A DNA stretch of 64,000 nucleotides from Sedimentisphaerales bacterium (GTDB lineage Bacteria; Planctomycetota; Phycisphaerae; Sedimentisphaerales; Anaerobacaceae), in assembly GCA_963708075.1 (NCBI GenBank), contig OY970194.1, forward strand, positions 1,952,001-2,016,000. Reading direction: 5' to 3'. Under the pieces are notes generated by a model. It saw only the letters and a program-made list of their open reading frames with translations. It ran no database searches and was not told where the DNA came from. Numbering within the stretch: the stretch's first letter is position 1; every line of letters begins with the position of its first letter. This document shows positions 51,894 through 62,314 of this stretch, piece by piece. Made by a program: the position numbers and the translations under genes.

Positions 51894-52691
51894 ATGCGCC
51901 TCATGCAAGGCTTTCTGCCACTTGCGGGTCTTCTTCTGATGGCCGGCTCGTCATGTCAGAGGACCCAGACACCTGTCTCTGAGGCAAGAACTGCCACTGG
52001 ATCAGATCAGGTTATGCCAGAGGGTTTCGCGCCGCTGTTCAACGGCGTCAGTCTGGACGGCTGGATGGTGCACGACCCCGAGAACCGGGATTGGCGAGTC
52101 GTCGAGGGAGTCATCGACTGTGACCCCCACGAGGGATCAGGCGACAGGAACCTGTGGACCACAAAGAGCTACGGCGACTTCGAACTGCTGGTAGACTGGC
52201 GGATCAAGGAGAGTCCCTACATGAACCGGGCCGCCAGGATCATTCTTCCCGATGGGACGTACAAGAAAGATGATTCCGGCAAGGATGTGCTCATCGAGGT
52301 CCCGAACACGGACTCGGGAGTCTTTCTCCGTGGTCAGCACAAATCCCAGGTGAACATCTGGTGCTGGCCGGTCGGTTCCGGCGAGGTGTGGGGCTATCGT
52401 ACCGATCCAGCCTTTTCACCTGACGTCCATGCAGGGGTCACGCCAAAGGTCAAAGCGGACCGGCCAATTGGCCAATGGAACACCTTCCATGTCATCGTGA
52501 AAGGGGATCATCTGACCGTTGTGCTCAACGGGCAACAGGTCATTGACAACGCTCAATTGCCCGGCATCCCGGCTCGGGGGCCAATGGCACTACAGCATCA
52601 CGGAGACCGCAGGGATGGCGAATGGGGAGCATCCTTCCTCCAATTCCGCCGCATTTTCATCAAGGAGCTGAATCAGCCGCCGAATCGGTGA
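51894..52691 (+). CDS. DUF1080 (3-keto-glycoside hydrolase/hydratase-like) lipoprotein
   Basis: Lipobox AGSSC; FAPLFNGVSLDGW, YGDFELLVDW, DSGVFLRG, GQWNTF, ALQHHG, FRRIFIKEL. Confidence 0.88.
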   Translation: MRLMQGFLPLAGLLLMAGSSCQRTQTPVSEARTATGSDQVMPEGFAPLFNGVSLDGWMVHDPENRDWRVVEGVIDCDPHEGSGDRNLWTTKSYGDFELLVDWRIKESPYMNRAARIILPDGTYKKDDSGKDVLIEVPNTDSGVFLRGQHKSQVNIWCWPVGSGEVWGYRTDPAFSPDVHAGVTPKVKADRPIGQWNTFHVIVKGDHLTVVLNGQQVIDNAQLPGIPARGPMALQHHGDRRDGEWGASFLQFRRIFIKELNQPPNR

Positions 52692-53556
52692 GACTTCCCA
52701 CTTTCGGTGTCGTCAATGGCTTGCCATTGAGGTACTCCTGCCGGCGCAGTTGCTCGGAGACCAGGAAGCCATACTCCTCGATAGTTTTACGAGCGCGGTC
52801 CGAGACCACGAATTCCATGAAGGCTCGCGCCTGCTTCGGCTGGCGGCTGCATTTGAGCGAACAGATCGTTACTCGCACCGGCGCGAGCTTGTAGGTCTTC
52901 CCGGTTGCGCTGGTGACCGCGTCGATATAGGGCGCCGGCAGGTGCTCGGGGACGATCGGAATGCTATCCAGCTCCTTCGCCCTCAGGATGGCCACCGCCC
53001 CCCAAACCAACGCCGCGTCGGCGCTCTTCATCTGCACGAGGTTGGCCACGTAGGAACCACTTCGGTGGACGATGATGTTCTTCTTCTGCATCAACGCATT
53101 TAGGTCCATCCCGGCCTTGGTGAAGATGGTGGGCAGCATGCGCCCGAGCGTGGAGGCGTTGGGATCCGTCAACGCCAGTTGCACATCGGCGCGAGCCAGG
53201 TCCTGCAAGCCCCGGATGTTCTTCGGGTTGCCCTTGAGCACAATGATGACCGGGCTGATCTCCGCCAGCGTCCAGCCATCCACGGCCAGTCCGCGATGCA
53301 TGATCACGTCGAGGAACGGATCGTGGCATACGTAGAGGTCGCCTTGGGCCTGGAGCTCGATGTGGGCCACCAGTTCCCCGGAATCGGCGGAGTTGATCTC
53401 GATCTTCTGCCCGGTTTCCTGTTCGTAAAGCTCCACCAGTTTTTCAAAGACCGGGCGCATCGTGCCGCCCACGTGGCAGAGCAGCGGGCCTGGAGATTCT
53501 TTCTTCGTACAGCCGGCCAATGCCACCAGCAGCAGGACTCCTATCAGCTTCTTCAT
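52660..53556 (-). CDS. Second ModA-like substrate-binding lipoprotein
   Basis: Lipobox LAGC; HVGGTMRP, SADSGEL, GNPKNIRGLQDLAR, ADAALVW. Confidence 0.75.
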   Translation of the reverse strand: MKKLIGVLLLVALAGCTKKESPGPLLCHVGGTMRPVFEKLVELYEQETGQKIEINSADSGELVAHIELQAQGDLYVCHDPFLDVIMHRGLAVDGWTLAEISPVIIVLKGNPKNIRGLQDLARADVQLALTDPNASTLGRMLPTIFTKAGMDLNALMQKKNIIVHRSGSYVANLVQMKSADAALVWGAVAILRAKELDSIPIVPEHLPAPYIDAVTSATGKTYKLAPVRVTICSLKCSRQPKQARAFMEFVVSDRARKTIEEYGFLVSEQLRRQEYLNGKPLTTPKVGSLTDSAADSAP

Positions 53557-53569
53557 CGCAGTCTCCTTG

Positions 53570-54280
53570 TCAATTCCAGTTCAACAGCCGTTGTACTGCC
53601 CCATGATCCGATCCCGTCGCCAAATCCTCCAGCGTGCCGGTGTCCAACAACCGGCCCTCAGACATGACCCCCACACGGTCGGATACGAGCGCCGCTTCGT
53701 CACGGCTGTGACAAACGTGCACCGTGGCCACACCAAACTCCTTCTGCACCCGCCGCAGTTCGCGGCAGGTATCGCGCCGGGTCGGTTCATCGAGCGCACA
53801 GACCGGCTCATCGAGCACCAGCAGCTCCGGCCGGCGCGCCAAGGCCCGCGCCAAGGCTACCTTCTGCCGTTCGCCCCCACTCAGGTAGGCGACGGAGCGG
53901 GCCAGCAGTCTCTCCAGGGCGAGATTGGCCACAATCCCTTCCACGGCAGAGCGTGCCGCCGCCCGCTTCGCGCCTGCGACGGTCAGCGGGAAGATGATGT
54001 TGTGTAGCACGTCCAGGTGCGGAAACAGACCGCCATCCTGCGGAACGTATCCGATATTCCGGAAGCGCGCCTCCAGTCCCGTGATGTCACGGTTGTGAAG
54101 CCGGACCTGCCCTCGCGAAATCTGCGTCAGTCCGCAAACAGCCTTGAGCAACAGGCTCTTGCCGGAGCCGGTCATGCCCATCAGCACGAAATATTCACCC
54201 TCGCCCACGGTGAGCGAAACATCTTGCACGGCAAACGAACCGGCACGCAGGGTCAGATCGGTGATTTCCAGCGCGTTCAC
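53570..54280 (-). CDS. modC: ABC transporter ATPase (ModC/WtpC-like, no TOBE domain)
   Basis: GMTGSGKS, YVPQDGGLFPHL, LSGGE, LDEP. Confidence 0.8.
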   Translation of the reverse strand: MNALEITDLTLRAGSFAVQDVSLTVGEGEYFVLMGMTGSGKSLLLKAVCGLTQISRGQVRLHNRDITGLEARFRNIGYVPQDGGLFPHLDVLHNIIFPLTVAGAKRAAARSAVEGIVANLALERLLARSVAYLSGGERQKVALARALARRPELLVLDEPVCALDEPTRRDTCRELRRVQKEFGVATVHVCHSRDEAALVSDRVGVMSEGRLLDTGTLEDLATGSDHGAVQRLLNWN

Positions 54281-55125
54281 GCAAGACTCCTGTTACGCAG
54301 CAGAAAATGAACCACCGTCAGTCCGGTGCCCGCCATCACCAGCATAATCAGGGCAATCGCCAGCGAGACCTCGATGTTGCCAACGCTGAGCTCCAGCCAC
54401 ATCATCGTGGGCATCACCTGCACGCGCGGCCCCGTGCCGACAAAGACCATCAGCGGGCCAAACACGCCGATCCCGCGTGCCCACACCAGGATGCAGCCCG
54501 CAATCACCCCGGGCCTGGCCAGGGGCAATGCGACCCGCCAGAAGGCCTGCCACTGCGAGCACCCCAGGGTGCAGGCCACGTGCTCCAAATCCTTCGGCGC
54601 GGCATCAAAAGCCGCCTTGACGGAGCGGATGCCGTAGGACATTGTCATCACATACTGGCACAATACGATCCCGATCCACGAGACCAGGGAAACCCCCACG
54701 CCGCTCAGCGCCTGCTTGATGCTGCCACCCAGACCAAAACCGAAGAAGGCGAGCAGAGACACGCCCACGACCACCGGGGGCAGGAAGATCGGCACATCGA
54801 CGAGAGCGTTCACCAGCGCCCGCCCCGGAAAGCGGAAGCGGCTTAGCGCATAGCCCGCCGGAATTGCCGTGACGACCACCAGCCCCAGCGTCGCCAGCGA
54901 CGTGATGATGCTCAGTTTCATCGCCCGCACTACCGTCCGGGCGGTGAAGAGCCTCCAAACATCCGACAGCGGAAGATCCTTGCTCGCCAGATAGAAGATG
55001 TCGGCTGTCACCAGCCCCACCACCACCAGCACACAGAACACCAGCATTCCGCCGCTCAGCAGGGAAAGGCCATTGATCCGCCGGCCCACGACGCGCAACT
55101 GCTCCTCTACCCGGGGTCCGTTCAT
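54277..55125 (-). CDS. modB: ABC transporter permease (ModB-like)
   Basis: PAGYALSR, DVPIFLPPVVVG, EAA-like loop LEHVACTLG, WARGIGVFG; ATGA overlap with modA. Confidence 0.8.
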   Translation of the reverse strand: MNGPRVEEQLRVVGRRINGLSLLSGGMLVFCVLVVVGLVTADIFYLASKDLPLSDVWRLFTARTVVRAMKLSIITSLATLGLVVVTAIPAGYALSRFRFPGRALVNALVDVPIFLPPVVVGVSLLAFFGFGLGGSIKQALSGVGVSLVSWIGIVLCQYVMTMSYGIRSVKAAFDAAPKDLEHVACTLGCSQWQAFWRVALPLARPGVIAGCILVWARGIGVFGPLMVFVGTGPRVQVMPTMMWLELSVGNIEVSLAIALIMLVMAGTGLTVVHFLLRNRSLA

Positions 55126-55886
55126 CGGTAGGGTCGCTCCGTCCGGTATCCGTTTTCTCGCAGGAGGCGCTGGCCGGTGGGACTGGTCAGGAACTGCAGG
55201 AAGCGCTGCGCCTCCTTCGGGTGCGGGGCGCTCTTGAGCCGGGCGCACACCACGGTGGAGATCTTGTTCACCGCCTCGGGAATCTCGATGGTATCCACCG
55301 ATTCCCGGATACCCTGCGCCACGGCGTCCCACACCACGGCCGCATCCACGTCCTTCATCTGAACCCAGAGACCCAGCTCATTCACCGTAAACGACTCCTT
55401 GGCGTTGAAGGTGGCGCTGTCGAGCCCTACGTTGGCAAAGATTTCCACGCAGAGCCGCCCGATCTGGCAGGCCTGGGGATTGCCCAACGCCACCTTCAGA
55501 TCGGTGCGGGCAAAGTCCTGGAGGGACGACACGTTTTTGGGATTGCCCTTGGCCACGATGATCGTCGGGACGAAATAGGAAACCTGCATCCGCTCCGCGA
55601 CGTTGTCCGTCACTTCCTCCAGACGATCGACATACCAGACATCGCCCGGCATAAAGAGATCGGCCTGCGGGTCGCCCTTCGCGCGGGAGATCAACACGCC
55701 GCTGCCCGCATAGTCCGCGTCCACCGCAATCCCGGTCTCGTCCTCAAATGCCGCGGCCAGCGCCTCCACCGCCTCTCGAAGCCCGGCAGCAGCATAGACC
55801 CGGATCCGGCCGGCCTGCTGCCGCTGCACGCACCCATAAAGCCCTGCCAGCAACAGGAGCAGCGCGACCCCTGCCCAACTCTTCAT
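55122..55886 (-). CDS. modA: Molybdate/tungstate-type substrate-binding lipoprotein
   Basis: Lipobox LYGC; YAAAGLRE, YAGSGVL, ADLFMPG, GNPKN, DAAVVW. Confidence 0.8.
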   Translation of the reverse strand: MKSWAGVALLLLLAGLYGCVQRQQAGRIRVYAAAGLREAVEALAAAFEDETGIAVDADYAGSGVLISRAKGDPQADLFMPGDVWYVDRLEEVTDNVAERMQVSYFVPTIIVAKGNPKNVSSLQDFARTDLKVALGNPQACQIGRLCVEIFANVGLDSATFNAKESFTVNELGLWVQMKDVDAAVVWDAVAQGIRESVDTIEIPEAVNKISTVVCARLKSAPHPKEAQRFLQFLTSPTGQRLLRENGYRTERPYR

Positions 55887-55956
55887 TCCGCTATTCTTCA
55901 CCACGAACTGCCTTCTGATAACATCGTAAGGGCTCCATACCATCAGTTCAGGCCGT

Positions 55957-55986
55957 ATCGTAGTTGGCAGCCATCGGATAAGTCAA
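55957..55986 (-). promoter_or_regulatory. sigma70-type promoter for the mod operon
   Basis: TTGACT-18 nt-TACGAT on the minus strand. Confidence 0.5.
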
Positions 55987-56033
55987 TAGCGACGCTCCGC
56001 TCTGCTCAGTGCATGGGAATACCCAGCGCAGCA

Positions 56034-59000
56034 CTATTCGGCAACAATCTCAATCCCGCACAGGATCGTTTCGCTCTCTGCATCCGCTGGCGTCAACGAG
56101 ACGGTCACGAAATCCGACGTCCGGATTCCCGGGAATGTCCTAACGATCCCGACATTCGGCGACCCGGCCTCTGCAACAATATCGAAGTCCTTCAGCACAG
56201 TCTGCCCGTTCAGGGCGACGTCGAACCGTCGTTGACCCGGCTTCTTGTCCTCGGGCTCCACGAAATGCAGGTGCACCGTGCAGGCTCTCTCCGCGTTGAC
56301 CGCTTCCCGGGCAGGCTCCATTCCTTCGGGCCTCTTTGCCACATCCTCCGGCGGACCCGACACTCGGACGCGAACCGAGCGCAGGCCCTTCGCTCCCGAG
56401 GCTTCCACCCACTTGATGTTGCCCCCCTGTAGACACAGGGAATGGCGGCGGAACCAGGTGGGCTTCTCCGGATTCAGCGCGATGTCCAGTTCCGGAGAGC
56501 TTCCTCCGACGCTGGGGCACTCCAGCCACAGCGTCCCATTCTCCGCCCTGCGGTCTCCCGGCGCACCGAAGTTGATACCGAGGCGCTGAATGGGAGCGCT
56601 GCTCGGCTCGACCTTGCTGAAGGTCCACATCTCCACGTCCGGCACATGGACCATCGCCAGCGAGGTCTGGTTCTGGTAGCTACAGGTGCACGTGCTCGTA
56701 TAGTCCGGCGCATTGAGAACGCCGTTGGCGACGACCAGGTTGGAGGTGCATCCGGATCGGAATCCGCCGAAATTGCCGGTCCCGCCGTCACTGGTGAGAT
56801 CGTAGTACCCTGCCGCGGCCGAGCGGAAGGTCAGGAGGCTCTCGCTGGCAATCGCCGCCCCGCAACCGTGGTTTCGCGAATACTGCCAGGGGATCGTTTC
56901 ACCCGTCAGAGGATGCGAGTACGTCCGCTGGCGGCCCGTCAGGAGATCGTAGGCGCTCTCCTGAGTGAAGATCGTGCCTCCCCGCAGCATGCAGGGTCCG
57001 GCATAATCCATTTTCTTATCCCAGAGGACCTCGCCGGTCCGGGCCCGAAAGGCAGCCATGCGGTCGCCGGGCTCCCAGAGCATGTCGCCCGATTTGCGAT
57101 GAGCCTGCAGGAGAACGCCGAACTGATCGGAGAAACTCAGCCAAGTCCCAAAGGCACAGTCGCGGTTGTCCCAGACGACTCGGCCCGTGCGGAGGTCCAT
57201 CGCCAGGAGCCGGCTCGTCTGACTCACGCCGGCGTCCTCCCGTGCATTTCTCTTCACGTGCGGGAGCACCGCATCGAGACAGAAGACCATGCCGCCCCCG
57301 GCCGCGATCCCATTATGAATGAACCCACTGTCGGCATCGACGCTCCACAGGACCTTCCCATCGTGGCGGTTCATCACGACGAGTGTCTTGCTGACGCTCC
57401 AATCGACGAATGGGGCCGACAAATCGGGCTTTATGCCGGGGGGTTTGAGAAGACCCGAATACCGAACGAAACTCGCGCCGGCGATGAGGTAGTCGTCGCA
57501 GACGCCGAGGTACGCCCAGTGTCGCCGCTCCTGGCCGTCCTGGCGAGGCAGTGAGAACACCTGCCGGGTCTGCCCCGTTTCCGGGTCCAGGACGTGACAC
57601 TCATCTTCCTGAATGATATAGATCCCATCGGCAGTCACGACGAAGTTGGTTCCCCTGGCATTGGCCCCGGGAATGTGGTTCTGGCTGGAGCCGAGGTAGC
57701 GAAAGTCGTGCTTGTAGGAGGCGTCGTAGTAGACACCGAAGGTCGCCGCCTTGAGCGGTTTCTTCCACAGGACCCTGCCCGTGTAGACGTCGCGAGCACT
57801 GAGCGAATCGATCCCCTGGATGAACAGCCTTCCCCCGACAACCTGCTCGGGCGGACCATGGCCATGCCTGGGCAGGACGTCACCGAATCCCGACTCCTCT
57901 CCAAACCACAGCATACCCAACGGAGGCTTGAGCTGGTCCTTCGAGCAGACGGTGTTTGCGATATCGCCGTACTGGTGCGTCCAGTCGCCAGACCCCGGCA
58001 CGGGGCCCGCTCGCTTGATGATGACAGCATCCTCGGTAGTGTCCACCCTGACCCCCGGAAGGGCCGCATTGGCAAGCCGGCTGCACAGCCCCAGTTGTTG
58101 CTCCCTGTTGGCCGCGATCCAGGCTACCCCGCTGTAGGGCCGAAGCAGCTCGCACATCTTCTCGACGCCGTGTGCAGTTCCATCGAGCCCGGCGGTTGTG
58201 AGACTCTCCACCACGACCAGCGAAGCGATGTACGGCGGCAGATCCGCGAAATCCACATTTGCGTGCAGGATGGAGACTCGCGATCCGTAGAGACCCGCGA
58301 GATCCAGCTTATCTCGCAGTGAGGCCACTTTCCCGGCATCCGGCTCAATGGCGATCACATGCATCCGCGACTGACGCAGGGTTTCCGTGAGCAGCCGGCC
58401 ATTGCCGATCCCCAGCCACAGACAATATCCCTTCGCATCCACGCCCTGCTCGAGGATCTGCTTGACGCGCCTGCGATTGCCGCGAGAAGCCGGCTGCAAG
58501 TCATGGGCACTGTTCGGATGGCGTATGGAAGACCCTTCCCTGGTGCCGAAGCAGTACAACTCCCCTTCTTCCGTGGTGATAAAGAGCTTCCCGTCGCCGG
58601 CCAGCATACTCCACACATGCCCGCGCACCTTGTCTTGCCAGACCATCTTCGCGGGCTCATTACCGTCGGGAATCTCGATGGCGGCGATCATGCCCTCGCT
58701 ATTGCAGCCGTACAATCGGTTCCCGGCTCTGACATGGATCTGCTCAAGGGCCGGCTCGGCATGCATCTTCCACAGCGGCTGTTCGACCCCCTGTCGCTTT
58801 GTGGTTCTCATCCCTGGGGTCGAGTGTCCGGGCCTCCGCCAGCGTATACGCCACGATATCGTTGGCATCGTCGACGCCCACGATGCCATCCTCGCCCAGG
58901 ACGTGAGCCGAGATGCTCCCCAACGCCCGCCCATCGGAAAGTCGATACACCATCTTGTTGTTGACGTACCACTGCTTCCAGATCGATGCCCCGTATCCGC

Positions 59001-59907
59001 CGACGTGCTTGCCATAGGTGCGGTCGGACAAGGGATAGTACAGCAACTCACCGGTCGTGCAACTGAAACACGCGGGCGTGGTTCGGCTGGTCACCAGAAG
59101 CTTGTCACCGTCTGCGGCCAGATATCCCTGTGGGGCCACTCCGGCGAAGGCGGGGCTGCTGTGCTGTTGTTGAATGTAGATCGAGCCGGTGCCGCTGTTT
59201 TCCCAGATCACCCGGCCTGTCACGGCGTCGAGTGCATAGATGAACACGCCCATGAACGGCCAGATGCTCGCGGAGCAATGGATCCTGCCATTATGCAAGA
59301 CGGGTCCGCCGCGTGCCGGCCACGCCGAGATGAGCCGGCCATTGCCCAGTATCCTGCGGCCGGACGGCGCAAGGCGAGATTTCCAGAGCTGCGTGCCATT
59401 CCTGGCGTCGAGACAGTAGAGACACCCGTCATCGCTCGCGAAGTACACGCGGCCCTGCCATGCGATCGGCGCAAAACGCACGGGCCCGTCACAGAAGGAC
59501 TGCCAGTTCTGCCTGCCGGTCTCGGTGTCGTAGGCCACGAGCTTGTCACTGACCATCGACGGCACGAAGATCTGTTTGCCCATGACGACCGGCTCATAAG
59601 AGCGATCGAACTGGAGTTTGTATTGTTCCTGGCGCCATGCGGGGGCGGGTTTCGGCAGTTGCCGGACCCATTGAAGATGCAGTTCGGGCGGCAGCGAAAT
59701 CGGCGAGGCCCCGCTGCGGCTCGCATCATACTTCCACATCGGCCAGTCGCCGGCGCCCTCCCCAGAATCACTCGCAGCCGATCCCCGCTCACCGACAAGC
59801 AGAAAGGCAAGAATCAGACAGATAACCGCGGCCGGCACGAAGATGAGAGCATACCCGGCAATCTTCGGATTCCTTTTGTAGTCGCCGGACTTCAAGGATG
59901 CGAGCAT
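56034..59907 (-). CDS. Secreted PQQ-like propeller + methyltransferase-like + propeller + malectin-like protein (paralog of 33100-37215); 1-nt frameshift at ~58805
   Basis: DWPMWKYDASRSG, GPVRFAP, GDWTHQYG, MLWFG, FGGFRSGC, CTCSY, NFGAPGD, GQRRFDV. The frames join if one A is removed from GATGAG(A)ACC. Confidence 0.8.
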
Positions 59908-60286
59908 ACGATCTCCAGAAAACGGACGGATGGTGCCTGCGGGCTCATATGATTTGCCTCCCCTGCAATCGCGGAGGTCGGATCGGACCGAAGTTGGATG
60001 TTCCGGTGTCTTCTACTCATTCGCACACGATGTTCCACAGCCTTTTGTCTGCGTAGAGTATCTGACCTCGACCCCAAATACAACGAAGAAAGGGGCCCGG
60101 AAATGAGGATCTCAGTCCGCAGGCATTGCACCGATTCGACACCGCACAGTTGAAGTCCTGATCCGACGTGCTATCATGCTTTCCGGTGAAATGCGTTCCA
60201 ACGGCTGGTGATTTAAGGCGGTGGCACTCATGAAGACAACGCTCGTCGAAGCATTTTGCGATAAATGACATATAAGGATTCATGGT

Positions 60287-62038
60287 ATGAGAACCAGGCA
60301 GTTTGCACGTGTCACCGTCTTCTTCCTCCTCTTGGCCCTGAACGCCGTCCGGGCCAACGACGCCGACGGGAAACTGAGTATGAATCTGCCCTCTGAGAAG
60401 CCGGAGGTCTTCGAACGTGTCGAGATCTCCGTCACCGACGTACCGGCCGCCGCCAATCCCTTCGACCCCGAAGCGATCGCGCTGGATCTTGAGGTGGTGC
60501 AACCGTCCGGGCAGCCGCTTCGCGTCCCCGGCTACTTTCAGCAAGCCTACGGCAGGAAACTCGAGGGCAGCCGTGAGGTCCTCACGCCGCAGGGTGAAGG
60601 GAGCTGGTGCATCCGCTGGCTGCCCCTGGAGCCCGGCCGGCATACACTGGTCGCAACAGTGACGCTCGCAGGCAAGCTCGCGGCGCGAGGGGAAGCCACG
60701 GTCGAGGTTGCCGATGGAAAACGCCATGGACTGGCACGCATCGAGCCGGACGGGAAGCGTTACTTCCGTTTGGACAACGGCACGCCGCTATTCCTGAACG
60801 GTCTGTGCGCCTGCTGGCACGGCCGCCGGGGCACGTACGACTACGACGACTGGCTCGCCGCATACGAGAAGGCCGGGATCAACTACATCCGGATCTGGAT
60901 GTGGCATCAAGCGTTCGGCATCGAATGGGACAAGGGGGACAAGGTCCGCTATCGTCTCGACAATGCCTGGAGGCTCGACCATGTTCTCGCGGAGGCCGAG
61001 CGCCGAGGCGTCTTCGTCATGCTCTGCCTCGACTATCACGGCATCTTCGAGGTCAAGCCCGATTACTGGGGCGCGAACAACTTCTGGCCCCGCCACCCCT
61101 ACAATGCCGCCAACGGCGGGCCCTGCCAGACGCAGAACGACTTCTTCACGAACGAAGAGGCGAAGAAGCTCTATGCCAAGCGGCTGCGCTACATCGTGGC
61201 GAGATGGTCCGCCTTCCCCAATCTCCTCGCCTGGGAATTCTTCAACGAGATCGACAACGAGTACACTTATCTGAAGCACGAGGATGTGGTCGCGTGGCAC
61301 CGTGACATGGGCCGGCATCTGCGGTCGCTCGATCCCTGCCGGCACCTGATCTCCTCAAGCCTCACGGGCGGCAGCGAGCGTCCTGACCTCTTCGCCCTGC
61401 CGGAAATGGATTTCGCTCAGTATCACTCCTACAATGAAAAGCACCCGGCGCGAATGACGGCCGAGAAAGCCACGCGGTTCTTCGAGAAATACCGCAAGCC
61501 TTTCTTCGTCAGTGAGTACGGGACGGACTGGAAGGGATGGAAGCCCGACACCGATCCGCACTTCCGGGCGCTGCACCAGGCGATCTGGAGCGGCACCTTC
61601 ACCGGCGCCGCCGGCACGGGTATGACCTGGTGGTGGGAGAGCATTCACACCGCCAATCTCTACCACCATTGGTCTGCACTGAGCAGCTTCCTGGAGGGCA
61701 CCGGCATCGGTCGGGCGGACCTGCGGCCGGCACGATTTGAAACCGTCGAGGGGTCTGTGACGCCCTTTGGCGTCGCGGCCCCCGATGAGGCGCTCGTCTG
61801 GCTGCTCGACCGCGCCTATGACTGGCCCGACGGCGCCATGGAGGCCAACCCCTCGCCTGTAACCGGCGTGAAGGTGACACTTACAGGCATCAGCGACGGT
61901 ACCTGGTCGGTCGAGTGGTGGGACACCCTTGCAGGCAAGCGTTTAGCCACGAGCGAGGCAACCGCCTCCGGCGGCGTCCTGCAGCTGGCGCCGCCTGCTT
62001 TCCAGGTCGATATCGCCGCTCGCATCAAGAAGCGATAA
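60287..62038 (+). CDS. Secreted clan GH-A glycoside hydrolase-like protein (DUF5060-type N-domain, TIM barrel, beta C-domain)
   Basis: Signal peptide; NPFDP...VPGYF...WCIRW; RYIVARWS, WEFFNEID (acid/base) and FFVSEYG (nucleophile); VEWWDT. Confidence 0.75.
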   Translation: MRTRQFARVTVFFLLLALNAVRANDADGKLSMNLPSEKPEVFERVEISVTDVPAAANPFDPEAIALDLEVVQPSGQPLRVPGYFQQAYGRKLEGSREVLTPQGEGSWCIRWLPLEPGRHTLVATVTLAGKLAARGEATVEVADGKRHGLARIEPDGKRYFRLDNGTPLFLNGLCACWHGRRGTYDYDDWLAAYEKAGINYIRIWMWHQAFGIEWDKGDKVRYRLDNAWRLDHVLAEAERRGVFVMLCLDYHGIFEVKPDYWGANNFWPRHPYNAANGGPCQTQNDFFTNEEAKKLYAKRLRYIVARWSAFPNLLAWEFFNEIDNEYTYLKHEDVVAWHRDMGRHLRSLDPCRHLISSSLTGGSERPDLFALPEMDFAQYHSYNEKHPARMTAEKATRFFEKYRKPFFVSEYGTDWKGWKPDTDPHFRALHQAIWSGTFTGAAGTGMTWWWESIHTANLYHHWSALSSFLEGTGIGRADLRPARFETVEGSVTPFGVAAPDEALVWLLDRAYDWPDGAMEANPSPVTGVKVTLTGISDGTWSVEWWDTLAGKRLATSEATASGGVLQLAPPAFQVDIAARIKKR

Positions 62039-62069
62039 TAGCATAGGGTGCAGATATCCAGAAACTCTC

Positions 62070-62094
62070 AGCCGTCCTTTTGAGGAAGACGGCT
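62070..62094 (+). terminator. Hairpin downstream of the GH gene
   Basis: AGCCGTC...GACGGCT stem; no clear U-tract. Confidence 0.35.
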
Positions 62095-62191
62095 CCGCGG
62101 TTCGGTACGGAAAAGGCATTCTGCCAGCCGAGTTGCTGGTTTGACGCCTTTCGGCCGGACGCAGAGCGCAGACATCTCCATGCTCCCGAGG

Positions 62192-62221
62192 TTGACGTCG
62201 TGGGCACCCATCTGGTACACT
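62192..62221 (+). promoter_or_regulatory. sigma70-type promoter
   Basis: TTGACG-18 nt-TACACT with an extended TG. Confidence 0.5.
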
Positions 62222-62314
62222 ATGGTCTGGCAATTCTCTGTTGAAGCATCGTCCTGTATGCCGGTGGGCAGGCGGCCGTCTTTCTGCCGAGGGTCGGGGG
62301 ATGGAGGAACGGAA

